This document shows, one piece after another, positions 41,336 to 53,650 of a DNA stretch of 64,000 nt (position 1 is the stretch's first letter; every line of letters starts with the position of its first letter). Position numbers and translations under genes: made by a program. The notes under the pieces are model-generated. The model was not told where the DNA came from. It saw nothing but the letters and a program-made list of their open reading frames with translations, and made no database searches. The stretch lies in assembly GCF_009914755.1 (NCBI RefSeq), contig NC_060931.1, one strand, 5' to 3'. Source of the DNA: the human T2T-CHM13v2.0 reference genome, Homo sapiens.

Positions 41336-41885
41336 TTGTCTATTAACTATGCCTTTTATTTTCTGTGTTTTCATGCTTTGACATCTTGGGGTCTTGCTAA
41401 TGCTGGAGGAAGTATTCCTCTCAGGTTAGCTAATTCCTAGGGACAGCAAAATAGTTGTCTGTGAGCATTCCTATCAAACACAAACCAATGAATCCAGTCT
41501 ACACTCCAACACCTTTTTTAACTGAGCTTTCATACTCTGTGCCACTATCCACTTACCCTAATCACCTCAGGGCCAGGTAACAGACAACTATGGGTAGCCC
41601 ATATCACTCAGAACCTGCAGAAATTATTTAAACTAGCCCATCCCAAGCCTGATGAGCCTCTTACTTCCCCTGGAAAACACAATCAAGTTTCTTGCCCACC
41701 TTTTCTTCTCACCCTCTCTCCTCCTGGTCTCCCCTAATGCTTCCCTGTGTACTGCCTGTCCCATGGTACAGTGGGTTCCTTTCTCTCGGGATTCGTGAGT
41801 GCAACAAACTACCTTCCCAATGGCAGTCAGTTCCTAATCTGTTGGCCTTGTGATGCCTAAATAATAAAACCTGCTTTTAAAAAAA
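41336..41885 (+). mobile_element. MER74-like ERVL LTR
   Basis: tttattttctgtg...atgctttgacatcttgggg...ctaattcctagggacagcaaa...cagggccaggtaacagacaacta...aataataaaacc. Confidence 0.75.
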
Positions 41886-42562
41886 CCGTATGCCCAGGAA
41901 AATACAATAGCAGTCTTCTCCCCAAAGGTGGGAGGCAGCACAGATAAAGCCCCCTCTGTGTCACAGGCACTCCAGGCGTGCCGAAGGAAAACAGTGGAGC
42001 AGGAACACAGAAAAACTCAGTACTCCAGACCCAACCTTAAGCACAAAAAAGCTGCAGCTTACCACTGGAGGAATTTTTTTTTTAATTAAATGTTGAAATT
42101 TGAGATAACTGCAGATTCACTTGTAGATATAAGGCATAGAGATCTCGTGTGTCCTTTCCTCATTTTCTCTAAATGGTAATGTCTTGCAAAATTACAGTAC
42201 AATATTACAAGCAGAATATTGACATTGATATGATCAATAAACAGACCAACACTGTCACCACAAAGGTCCTTCATGCTGCCCTTTAGTAATCATACACAAT
42301 TCCCTCTGTCTCTCACTTCCTCCTCAACCTCTGGCAAACATTCATCTGTTCTTCATTTCTATAATTGTGTCTTTTCAAAAATGCTATGTGCATCCATGTT
42401 GTTGCATTTATTATTGATCCATCCATTTTTTATCACTGAATACTATTCTGTGGTATAGGGCTACCACAGTGTCCTTAAGCATTCACCAGTTGAAGACTAT
42501 CTGGGTTGTTTTCAGTTTTGGGCTATTATGAATGAAGTGCTTTTAAAGATTTGTGTATAGGC

Positions 42563-42752
42563 CTTTTTCTCTTTTTATGAGACAGTCTCATCCTGTCTCA
42601 TTAAAAAAGACACAATCTTCGCTCACTGAAGCCTTGACCTCCTGGCTCAAGTGATGCTCCTACCTCAGCCTCCCCAGTAGCTGGGACTTACAGGTGCATG
42701 TTACCACATCTGGCTAATTTAAAAAAAATTTTGCAGAGTTATGGTCTCATAC
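42563..42752 (-). mobile_element. AluJ fragment inside L1
   Basis: gctcactgaagccttgacctcctggctcaagtgatgctcctacctcagcctcc. Confidence 0.8.
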
Positions 42753-43985
42753 AGGCTTTTATATGAACATATTTTCATTCCTCCCAGAGTGCATTTGCCT
42801 AGGAATGCATTTGCTGAGTTATATAGTAGTGCCATGTTTAGTTTTTTAAGAAATGGCCAAAATGTTTTCCAGAGTGCTGGAAAACCATTTTGAATTCCCA
42901 CCAGCAGAGGATGACTGATACAGTGTCTCCACACCCTTTCCAGTAGTTGATGTCGTTACCAATTTTTGTTTAGCTATTCTAATAGCTGAATAATGATATC
43001 TCTTTTTGGTTTTGATTGCATTTCCCTAATGGGTAATGATGTTTAATAGCTTTCCATGTGCTTATTTACCATCTGAATATTCTCTTCAGGACAATATCTG
43101 TTCATGCCTTTGGCTCATTTTCTAATTAGATTGTTTGTTTTGTTTTTACTTCGAATTTTGCGAGTTCATTATATATTTCACATGCTAGTCCTGTGATTTA
43201 TATGTGTTTTGCAAGTATGTTCTCCCATTGTCTACCTTTTTCTTCATTTCTCTTAACAGAATCTATAGAAGACCACGAGTTTTTTATTTTGATGAAGTCC
43301 AATTTATTTTTCCTTTTATGGATTGCACTTTCAATATCAAGTCTAAGGAATGTTTGCCTAGCGTTAGTTCCCAAAGATTTTCTTTTATGTTACATTTTTT
43401 TCACCCAAAAACTGTTCAGTTTTATGTTTTAAATATAAGACCACATTTTGTTTAATTTTTCTGAGGTGCACAATTTAGGCTCATTTTTTTTGTTGTTGGC
43501 TGGTTTATTTATTTAATGGATGTTCAATTACTCAAGCACATTTGTTTAAAAGGGTATCTTTCTAATATTGAGCTCTTGTCCTTTTGTCAGAAATTATTTA
43601 GGCATATTTTTATGGGTTTATTTTAGGGTTCTCTCTGTCATTGTTGATCTATGCTTTAATCCTGCAAATATCACAGGCTTCATTAATGTAGCTTGTATAT
43701 AGTAAGGTCTTAAAATTGGGTACACAAATTCCTCCCACTTTATTCTTATTTTTCTAAATAATTTTGGCCATTCTAGTTCCTTTGCCTTTTTAGCATACGC
43801 TTTAAATAAACTTGTCTATATCTGCCAAAAAAAATTCCTGGCATTTTGATTACAGTTACATTAAAATCTTTATATTATTTTAGGGAGAATTGCCATCTTT
43901 GCTATGTTTAGACTCCCAACCATGAATTGTATATTGATCAATTTATTTAGATTTTATTATATTTCCTTCATCAGATTTTTAAAAA

Positions 43986-44118
43986 TTTTTTTCTTTTTGT
44001 AAAGAACGGGGTCTCACTATGTTGCCCAAGCTGGTCTTGAACTCCTACGCTAAAGCGATCCTCCTACCTCTGCCGCCTTAAATGTTGGGATTACAGGCGT
44101 GAGTCACTGTGCCTGGCA
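43986..44118 (-). mobile_element. FLAM/Alu left monomer inside L1
   Basis: ggggtctcactatgttgcccaagctggtcttgaactcct...gggattacaggcgtgagtcactgtgcctggc. Confidence 0.88.
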
Positions 44119-45144
44119 GAATTTTTTAGTTTTCACCACACAAGTCTTGTACATATTTTGTTAGACTTACATCTAAGTATTTTGGGGAGTTGTAAATGAT
44201 ATTGTATTTTGAATTTCATTGTCAATATATAGAAATACAATTGGCTTTGGGATGTTTATCTTCTATCCTGCAAACTTTCTAAACTCAGTAATTCTAAGAA
44301 GCTGTTTTTGGAGATTGCTGGAGATTTTCAAAATAATCATGTCATCTGTAAACAGTGGTAGTTTTATTTCTTTATTTCTGATATAATTTTTTTATTTTCT
44401 TTACTTGTCTTATTGCACTGGCTAGAAATTCAAGCACTATGTTGAATTAAAAAAGGGATAATGGACATCTTTCTCTTCTTCCCAATGTTTGGAGAAAAGC
44501 CTTCTTTTACCATTATGTAGATGTTAGCTGTGGGTATTGTATAGATGCTCTTTGTCAAGTTGAGGAAATTCCCTTCTTTTTCTGTTTTATCAGAGAAGTT
44601 TTGTTTCTTGTTATTTTACAAATGGGTGTTGGATTTTGTCAGATACATTTTCTGTACTTGTTAACATAATTATGAAATTTTTATTTTCATCCCATTAATA
44701 TGAAAGATCACACTGATTGATTTTCTAATATTGAACTAACCTCATATCCCTGCACTAAACCATAATTGGACATGACGTATCATTTTATGTATTCCTGAAT
44801 TCTACACTAGGGATTTTATTACATCTTTCAAAATCCTTTTGAAAGTCATCCATCTTTCCTTTTTTTGGTCTTCATTTTTTCATTGTGTTCATGAGGGATG
44901 CTGGTCTGTGGTTTTCCATATTTTTACTCTTTGGTTCTGGTATCAGGGTAATACAAGCTTTATAATATGAATTGCTGAGTATTCCCTTCCCTTCTATTAA
45001 TTGGTAGAGACTGTGTAGAACTGGTATTAATTCTTCTGTAAATTTTTGATAAAATTCCTCAGTGAAACCATGTGTGCCTAGGGATTTCTTTTTTGGAAGA
45101 TATTAAATTATCAATTTAGTTTGCTTAATTCAAAATCTACCTTT

Positions 45145-45320
45145 TGTGTTTTCTAGCTACATGACATCTACAGGTTACTCAGCATCTCTGTGAGCTTCAG
45201 CTGTATTATTTGCAGTAATTATGCTATTGAATTCAAAAGAATGTAATGAAAGTTAAATATAATAATGAATGTAAGGTATTTGGTATATATTAAGTGCTTT
45301 ATTGGTGTTTTAAAATAGCC
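45145..45320 (+). mobile_element. MIR fragment
   Basis: caggttactcagcatctctgtgagcttcag...atgaaagttaaatat. Confidence 0.55.
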
Positions 45321-48300
45321 TTTATTATCACCAGCACTCTTATCCTTTATTCATAAATTCAGGTAATAGAAGTAGAAAGGGAATAGATAATATCTCTTGG
45401 AAGCCACTCAGGGAAGGCCTGGGACTAGGAAAGTCTCAACTCAAGTAGGTGGCCAGTGATAGGCAGAAGTAAGAAAAGGTACTCATCTGCTTTGGGCAAA
45501 ATGAATCTTTTTTTTCTAATCTTTCTGTAAATGACAACCCTGGTTCCCTGAAATATCTTCATACCTACAGTAAAAATAAGCTGGCAGAGAATCAAGTGAA
45601 AAGAGGAACACTAAACCAAACAAAAAAATATCTGTTGAGCAAAGTTTGAAGATTATTTTGCAAACGTAAGTTAAAATATGTTTTGCTTGCTTAATATAGT
45701 TACACTTCATCTTTTTGCATAATCCATAATCTTTTAGGAAAAGACACCATATCTACAGTATGATTATTATCCCCTGACATTTTTTCTATTCAAATACTTC
45801 CATTTCAATCCACTTGAAGAAATGTATCTCATAATACTAGTCCCATAAAAGGAAATTCTATAGGAAATTACTGCTACTTTTAATTCATTGAATTCGTCAA
45901 TTAATGAACATACAGATTAACTCTATAAAAATGCTCTTTTGGCAGAAAGACTAATATTTGAGTTAAATAGAGAAGAAAAACACAGGTATGTGAAGATATA
46001 CACAGACAAAAAAAGTCGTCTGAGGCAAAATCACCAAATGAGATTTTTGCAAAAAGACTGCCCCTACCAAACATATGCGTATGTAATACACATTTTAGAG
46101 GAAAGAAGGTAAACACAGGAGCCACAGACTTCTTAGAATGCTTAATGGGTTTAATAACAATTCTACATAAATATTATAATGACACTTAAGAAAAATACTG
46201 ACATTATTCTCATAGAAGACTATTAGAAATGCATTCTGTAAGATAGAAATGTCATGTAAAATTGTTTAGATTCAAAAAAGACAATGGTTGAATTGCTCCC
46301 CCGCCAATCCTGCCTGATTGGGTCATGCATTCCTACCACAGCTACCCCAAGAAAACATTCCTGTCTTTTCCCCTACGCATCTCAGTTAGGACACTCTAAA
46401 TGCCATATTGCTCCTTTCTATTTCCTGAAAGGATTGAAGATGCTTTGCCTTCTGTCTGCTTTGTATTCTATGCCTAGGCTCCTGAGCCTCAGGATCTTCA
46501 GCTGTTAGAAATCAGGGATGACTACATACTTTTTAAAGTATCACTCAAATATTTTCTGTAATTAATACTCAACAGTTTTTATGATGATAATCAATAATGC
46601 TTGCCAGGAGGAGAAGGATGTACATAAACCTCTCTGTGTTTATGAAGAGTATATGCATAAGCTGACAGAAAAATTGTGATGAAATTAACTATCTCTATGA
46701 GAAATTATCCTATTACATCTGTGATGGTTGGTTTTGTATGTCAACTTGGCTGGCCATGGAATACCCAGATTAAGCGTTATTTTTGGGTGTCTCTGTGGGG
46801 GAGTTTTGGTATGAGATTAGCATCTAAATCTGTGGACTCAATAAAGTAGATTGCCACCCCACTGTAAGTGAGCATTACCCAATCCACTGAGGGCCTGAGT
46901 AAGACAGAAGGTACAGGAAGAAAGAACTTGCTTCTTTTTGCTTCCTGCCTGCCTGACTGAGCTCATCTTATTTTCTCCAGCCCTCAGATAGGAATTCACC
47001 AACTACTCCACTAGTTCTTAGACATTCAGACTTGGACTGAATTACTCCATCAGCTTTCCTGGGTCAACAGCTTGCAGAAAGCACATTGTGAGACTTCTCA
47101 GCCTCTACAATCTTGTAAATCATTCTTCACAATAAATCTGTTCTGTTTCTCTGAAGAACCCTCACTAACACAGATTTTGGAACCAAGAGTGGTTCTAGAG
47201 GAACGTAATTTTAAAGATAAGTTTTCAAAATTGGTTCTGGAGTTTCTAGAATTGATTCTGTATTTGATAATATTTCAAGACACTAATAACTCTATTCTCA
47301 GGAGTAAAGGGAGCACTGATAGACTAGGGCCTAAAATTTTTATAGAGATATAGAAAATATCTGCATAGGATACTCCTAATCAACTACTTACAAGAAGTAA
47401 AGAGCTAGATACCTCTGTATAAAATACTTTTGAAGATTTTCAGAAAACTAACTAATAAAATGACACTGGTTGGTTGTTCCTGATGTTGCTGATCAAGTGG
47501 TAAAAGAAAAACATAAGCTAAGGATTTGAATTCCCAGCTCAAGTGCTGCATAAATGACTTAGGAGCTTCCATGTATGCCCTGAAGTATAGCCTTATCTCC
47601 TAGAGCTGCAGGACTGAAATTGTCAAAAATCCAAAGCAGAGCATTATCTTGCAACTGGCTGAATTACAAAGCAAGTTGAGCTTTCGGTCTGGCAGGAGGT
47701 CTACAGTTAAAATGAAGGCATTTAATTGAAAAAGAATGGGATCCTCTAAGTTGGAAAGGGAACACGTGGGATAGATCCTGATGAAGCTGTGGACATTGAG
47801 CCTCTAAGTTCTGATGAGTCTTCATTACCAGTAAAAGAGATCTCCCCAACCTCCAGCAGAATTGGCCTCCTCTACCCACAGTGACAGCAGTATTCCCACC
47901 CATAGTGGTACTGGCATCTCTGCCACTATAGTTATAAAAGATTGGCCTTACATTGCCTAAGGAAACTGTAATGACCTCCCCCAAGGCAGATGCCATACAA
48001 GACAATGCTGATTCTCTGCAGAACCGACTCTTTGCTTCTAGACCTATAATTAGACTCAAGTCTCATCAGTCTCCTAAAGGTGAGGTACAATGTGTGACCC
48101 ATGAGGAGGTATGTTAAACTCAAACAAACTACTTGAGTTTTTAATTTATACAGACAGAAATCTGGAGAACATGTACGAAATTGATAACTAAGGATGTGGG
48201 ATAATGGTGGAAGGAACTTAATGTTGGATCAGGCTGAATTTGGCATGGACTCATTAAGCAAAGGTTCTGCATTAAATGTTGCAGCTTGTGGAGTTTGATT

Positions 48301-48833
48301 CTAACAGGTTGGTTGGTTAACTGCTGAGATATGGACCAAAAGGTAGTCCGGCATGAGAAAGTTGAAAATACTTGGCATGCCTTATGGCAATGTAGAAGAA
48401 ATACAAAGGCTTAGGGATATATTGTAATGTTAGGGTAGATTTGTCATTTAAGGCCTACTTACCCATAGTGGGAGAGTCCAGAAGGCATACCTTTCACCAA
48501 TACTGTGAATAATAAATTTGTCAGTGGAGCCCTGTCGTCCTTAAAGATCTCTGTGATCACTGTCTGTAGGCCAGACCTCAGAGTGGGAACTGTAGTCACT
48601 GCATTGAGAAGCCTAAAGGCAATTGGAGTAATTGGATCCTGGAGTGGGAGGGGCCACTCAGTCACCACATACAAGGTAGAGCTGGTTACCTGGCTACTGT
48701 AATGGACAGTAGAGTTAAAGCAGCAATCAGAAGAGTCTGATATGTTGACCTATGGACCTATGGACTAGGCTTACTGATTATGGCATTTCTAGACGTGAAA
48801 TAGAAAATCTGTCAAATTGTTACTTAATCTGTA

Positions 48834-50158
48834 CAAGGGGTCTTTTAAAAGTTTATTTAAAAGCATATTATGAAAAACTATGCATGAATTTCAAAAATGT
48901 TTGCACCAAAATAAACTTGTACTAACGTTATGACATGTCTTAACAGGATCTAATTTGAGGCACTAAGGAGGATAAGACATCAGTTTGAAAATAACCCTTA
49001 TCTCTAATAGGAATTAATTTTGCTCTCAAAATTAATTCTGCTAAAATGGAAGTAAGAACAAACTCCAAATTTATGGTAAAGCTTGGGTGGAAGAATGGTG
49101 AAATCACTGATGCTTTACAAAAAGTTGATGGGTGCAATTCCCAGAATAAAACAGCAGTTTACAAACAGATAACTTGCTTTAAGAAGGAGCAAGACAATTT
49201 TGACAACAAGGCCCACAGTAGAGGACCATACACATCAATTTTTGATGGAAAAATTTATCTTTTGCATTCTCTACTTGAAGAAGATCAATAATTAACAGCA
49301 AAGACAGTAGCCAACACCACAGACACCTCAATTGTTTCAGCTTACACAATTCTGCCTAAAAAATTAAAGTTGAACACACTTTCCACTTGATTGGTGCCAA
49401 AACTGTTGTGCCCAGATCAGCTGCAGACCAGACCAAAGCTTTCAATGGAAATTTTAAACAAGTGGGATAGAGATACTAAAGCATCTCTTTGAAAAATTGT
49501 AATCAGAGATGAAACATGGCTTTACCCGTACAATTCTGAAGACAAAAGCATAATCAAAGCAATGAATACCAAGAGGTGGAAGTGGTCCAGTCAAAGCAAA
49601 AGTGAACTGCTCAAAAGCAAAGATCATTGTAACAGTCTTTGGAATGCTGAAGATATTTTACTTGTAAACTTTCTAGAAAGTAAAAAAAAAAAAAAAAAGT
49701 ATTTGCTTATTATGAGAAATTTTTGAGAAAGTTAGCCAAAGCTTTTGCAAAAAATCTCCCAGAAAAGCTTAACCAGAGAGTCCTTCTCCACCATGACAAT
49801 GTTCCTGGTCATTCATCTTATTAAATAAAGGCAATTTTGCAAGAATTTTGATAGGAAATCATTAATCATCCACCTTATAGTCTTGATTTGGCTCCTTTGA
49901 CATCTTTTTGTTTCCAAACCTTAAAAAAATCTTTAAAGGCAAAATTACTCACTTTTCTTTAATTAATAATGCAAAGAGACTATACTGACATGGCTAAATT
50001 CTGAAAACCCTCAGTCTTTTAAGGATGGACTAAATGGTTGGTATCATTGCTTACAAGTGCAACTTGACTGGTGGAGTTTATGTTGAAAAATAAAGTCAAT
50101 GTTTTTAATTTTTACTTTTTACTTTCATGTTTTTCATGATCTTTTTGAAGTCTTCTTG
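48834..50158 (+). mobile_element. Near-full-length HSMAR2 mariner transposon (dead transposase)
   Basis: Terminal inverted repeats caaggggtcttttaaaagttt / atctttttgaagtcttcttg at a TA site. Transposase remnants KFMVKLGWKNGEITDAL, DETW (49508), HHDN (49789) and HPPYSLDLAP (49867), with stops and frameshifts. Confidence 0.95.
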
Positions 50159-50386
50159 TGCAAGCAGCAAAGTTCTAGGTCAAGTGAACAAAAGTCTCAC
50201 CTGAGTCATGGCCCCTCAATCATTTCCCATATTTGAGCCAGTTTACAAACCTAGAACTCCTTGAATGAAAGGTAGTCCAGGTCCTCTTGAGGAAGGACCC
50301 CAATGCACTTCCAAAATATTATAATGTTAATATTTCTTCTAGCCTTTTCCCAAAGGACCTATGGCATTTTATCAGGATAATTATAC

Positions 50387-51593
50387 TCAAGGAAACCAAA
50401 ATAATTCACTCACAAATATACTTCTTTGACATATTTCAAGATGCTTATCCAGAAGGGCTACAAATATAAGAATAACTGAAAAGCTGTCTTTCGTGGAATA
50501 TATTTCCACGAAATATATATCCAAATCTGCATGGATAAAATCAGGCTTTTTCAGAGGCTCTCCTTGTCTGGATCTCAGAAAGTTATAACTTAGAGTCTGA
50601 AACCTTTAAAATTCTGAAAGGAATATTTACCATCTATTTATTTTTTTTTTTTCCTGAGGGCTGCCATCTGTGAGGTTTCATCTACATCATAATGTTGGAG
50701 CTTGTTCTATCCTGTAGTTCAGTGAGAGGAAGGGAGTAGCATCCAGTGGCTTTCCTTCTTCTCTCCCATTGTTTGGTGAGTGGGAGGGAGTGGTGCTCAG
50801 TGGCTCCTTCTCCTGTTTTTCACAGAGCAGGAGGGAGGGTTACAGCTCTTTTACTCCCACTGCCCGCAGCTTGGCAAGTTCTGGGTTCTTGTCCCATGAC
50901 CAAGTGGAATAAGGTACATGGACACCGGAGAGTGAATAAGGCAGAGTGGAATTTTATTGAGCAGCAGAAAGAAAGCTCTCAGCAGGGAGAGGGGACCCGA
51001 AATCAGGTTGCTGTCTGTGAGGCCGAGTCCACAGTTAAATGGGCTTAGAATGGGGGAATGTGTGCTGATTGGTCCATGGGTAGTCTTGGAAAGAGCATCA
51101 TTCGATTAGTTAAAAGCCATAATTCAGAAGGGAGCAATCAAGAGAGAGTGGGTACGATGGGGATGGAAGTTCTCACTCCGGTCTTGGACTCTATCCGGAA
51201 CTGTCAGTTGTGTTTTCAGGATTTAAACTGTCCTTGGCTTGAAGACTGGGTTTTTACCAGGGACCTGTCCCTGTCTGCCTAGGAATTTGTCTGTTTCCTA
51301 TCGCTATCAATAAGACTACCTTTGTTAGTCAGGCATCTTCTCCCTCTCCCATAAGCTATTTTGCCCGTATAACCTGTGTTGCCATGCTTCAAGCTCCACA
51401 TTATTGCTGTAACCACAAGATGAGTATAAAAGTGTCCACCACCTGGCCTTTTATTTGAGTTCTTATATTTTGTAAACCTCCTTTACATGTTGATAAATTT
51501 GTATACTTTCCATCCTGTTAAGCTGACTTTTTTCAGTTGATTTTTCAGTGAATCATTAGAGAGCAAAGGGGGAGTTTTCCCTTGGTCCCTACA
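50387..51593 (+). mobile_element. MER34-family ERV1 solo LTR nested in the ERVL and itself split by another LTR
   Basis: aaggaaaccaaaataattcactcacaaatatacttctttgacatattt...gttttcccttggtccctaca; TSD atac/gtac; ERVL sequence resumes on both sides. Confidence 0.8.
50693..51309 (-). mobile_element. Complete LTR1/LTR27/LTR28-group ERV1 solo LTR (617 bp)
   Basis: Minus strand begins TGATAGCGATAGGAAACAGACAAATTCCTAGGCAGACAGGG and ends ...CCAACA; perfect TSD ATAA; CCAAT at 51068-72 and AATAAA at 50953-58 on the minus strand. Confidence 0.88.
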
Positions 51594-51991
51594 GTACACT
51601 GGGGAAAAGAAAATAATCAGACTTTTGGGGACTGCTGGACACTGACTCTAAATTGACACTAATCCCAGGACACCCAAAACATCACTTTGGCCCACCAGTT
51701 ATAACAGGACTTATGGTTCTCAGTGGAATTTTAGCTCAGGTTCATCTCACAGCAGGTCCAGTGGGTCCCCACACCCATCCTGTGGTTATTTCCCCAGTTC
51801 CAGAATGCCTAATTGTAACAGATATAGTCAGCAGCTCCCCACATTTATTCCCTGACCTATGGAATGAGGGCTACTATTGTGGCAAAGGCCAAGTGGAAGA
51901 CAATACTACCGTCAATATCTAGGAAAATAGTAAATCAAAAGCAATACTGCGTCCCTGAGGGATTACAGAAATTAGTGCCATCATCAAGAAC

Positions 51992-52440
51992 TTGCAAGGT
52001 ATAAGGGTGGCAATTCCCACCATATCCTCATTCAATTTGTGTATCTGGCTCATGCAGAAGACAGATGAACTTTGGAGAATGATAGTGCATTATTATAAAC
52101 TTAATCAGGTGGTTACTCCAATTGAAACATCGGTACCAGATGTGGTTTTAATGCTTGAGCAAATTAAAACATCTCCTGGTACCTGGTATAGAGCTGTTAA
52201 TCTGACAAAGGCCTTTTTCTCCATCCCTGTCCATAAAGCCCACCAGAAGCTGTTTGCATTTAGCTGGCTAGGCCAGAAATACATTCTCACTGTCCTACCT
52301 CAGGGATAGATAAATTCCCCACTCTGCCTCATAATTTAGTTAACAGGGATCTTGATCACCTTTCCCTTCTAGAAGATACCACAGCATTCCATTACATTGA
52401 TGACATCATGCTAACTGGATGTAGGAGGCAAGAATTAGCA
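51992..52440 (+). pseudogene. ERVL reverse-transcriptase remnant
   Basis: ORF 51992-52309 carries RT motifs but stops after LPQG; YIDD lies downstream of the stop. Confidence 0.9.
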
Positions 52441-52920
52441 GCTACTCTAGATTTATTAGTAAAACACTTGTATTTCAGAGGGTAAAAAGTAAATCTGACT
52501 AAAATTCAAGATCATTCTGTCTCAATGGGATTTTTAGAGCTCCAGTGGTGTGGGGAAATTCAAGATATCCCTTCTAAGGTGAAGAAAAAGTTGTTGCATT
52601 TGGCTCTCCCTACAACTAAGAAAGCGGTACCTCTAACGGGCCTATTTGGATTTTAGAAGGAACATAGTCTTCATTTGGATGTGTTACCTCAGCTCATTTA
52701 ATGAATGACCTGAAAAGCTGCTAGTTTTAAATGGGGCCCAGAATAACAGAAGGCTTTGCAGCAAGTACAGGCTGCTGTGTGAGCTGCCATGACAATTGGG
52801 CCATATGAACCAGCAGATTGGGATGGTGTGAGGAGCCTTTGGTAGAATTCTATTGGTGAAGCACAGTGTGGACTTTTAGTATTTTGATGCAAGGGCCTGC
52901 ATATAATTATTCTCCTTTTC

Positions 52921-53215
52921 TTTTCTTTTTTTTTTTGACAGAGTCTCACTCTGTTGCCCAGGCCAGAGTGCAGTGGCGCCATCTTGGCTTACTATGACCT
53001 ACGCCTCCTGGGTTCAAGTGATTCTCCTGCCTCAGCCTTCTGAGTAGCTGGGACTACAGGTGTACACCACCGCGCCTGGCTAACTTTTTGTGTTTTTAGT
53101 AGAGATGGGGTTTCACCATTTTAGCCAGGATGGTCTCAATCTCTTGACCTCATGATCTGCCCACCTCGGCCTCCCGAAGTGCTGGAATTACAGGCGTGAG
53201 CCACCGCGCTCGGTC
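52921..53215 (-). mobile_element. AluSc/AluY-type Alu nested in ERVL pol
   Basis: ttagccaggatggtctcaatctcttgacctcatgatc (2-nt-deleted form); TSD ta(t/g)tctccttttc. Confidence 0.93.
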
Positions 53216-53261
53216 TAGTCTCCTTTTCAAAAACAGCTATGGTCCTGCTACTAGGCCCCAG

Positions 53262-53650
53262 TGTGATGGTTACTACCGAGTGTCAACTTGATTGGATTGA
53301 AGGGTACAAAGTATTAATCCTGGGTGTGTCTGTGAGGGTGTTGACAAAAGAAATTAACATTTGAGTCAGTGTGCTGGGGAAGGTGGATCCACCCTTAATC
53401 TGGTGGGTAAAATCTAATCAGCTGTCAGCAAATATAAAGCAGGCAGAAAAGGAGAGACTGGCCTAGCTTCCCAGACTTGATCTTTCTCCCGTGCTGGATG
53501 CTTTCTGCCCTCAGACATCAGGCTCCAAGTTCTTCAGATTTGGCACTCAGGCTGGCTGTCCTTGCTCCTCAGCTTGCAGACAGCCTATTGTGGGACCCTG
53601 TGATTGTATAAGTTAATACTTAGTAAACTCACCTTTTTATATATGCTATG
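53262..53650 (+). mobile_element. MLT2A (HERVL) LTR nested in the older ERVL, 3' end lost
   Basis: tgtgatggttactaccgagtgtcaacttgattggattgaagg...attaacatttgagtcagtg...cagcttgcagacagcctattgtgggacc. Confidence 0.88.

Larger units (their letters stand above)
42085..45130 (-). mobile_element. L1MC-type LINE-1 3' portion, interrupted by Alu fragments and a short templated insertion
   Basis: tttgagataactgcagattcac...tgcatttccctaatgggtaatgatg...ttttgatgaagtccaattt...tcaagttgaggaaattccc...cagtgaaaccat. Confidence 0.9.

Noticed and set aside
51653-52309. Protease/RT ORFs as an active retroelement or novel RT system
   Set aside because: Protease motif mutated (DTD), stop before YIDD, many frameshifts, and the element is interrupted by later insertions.
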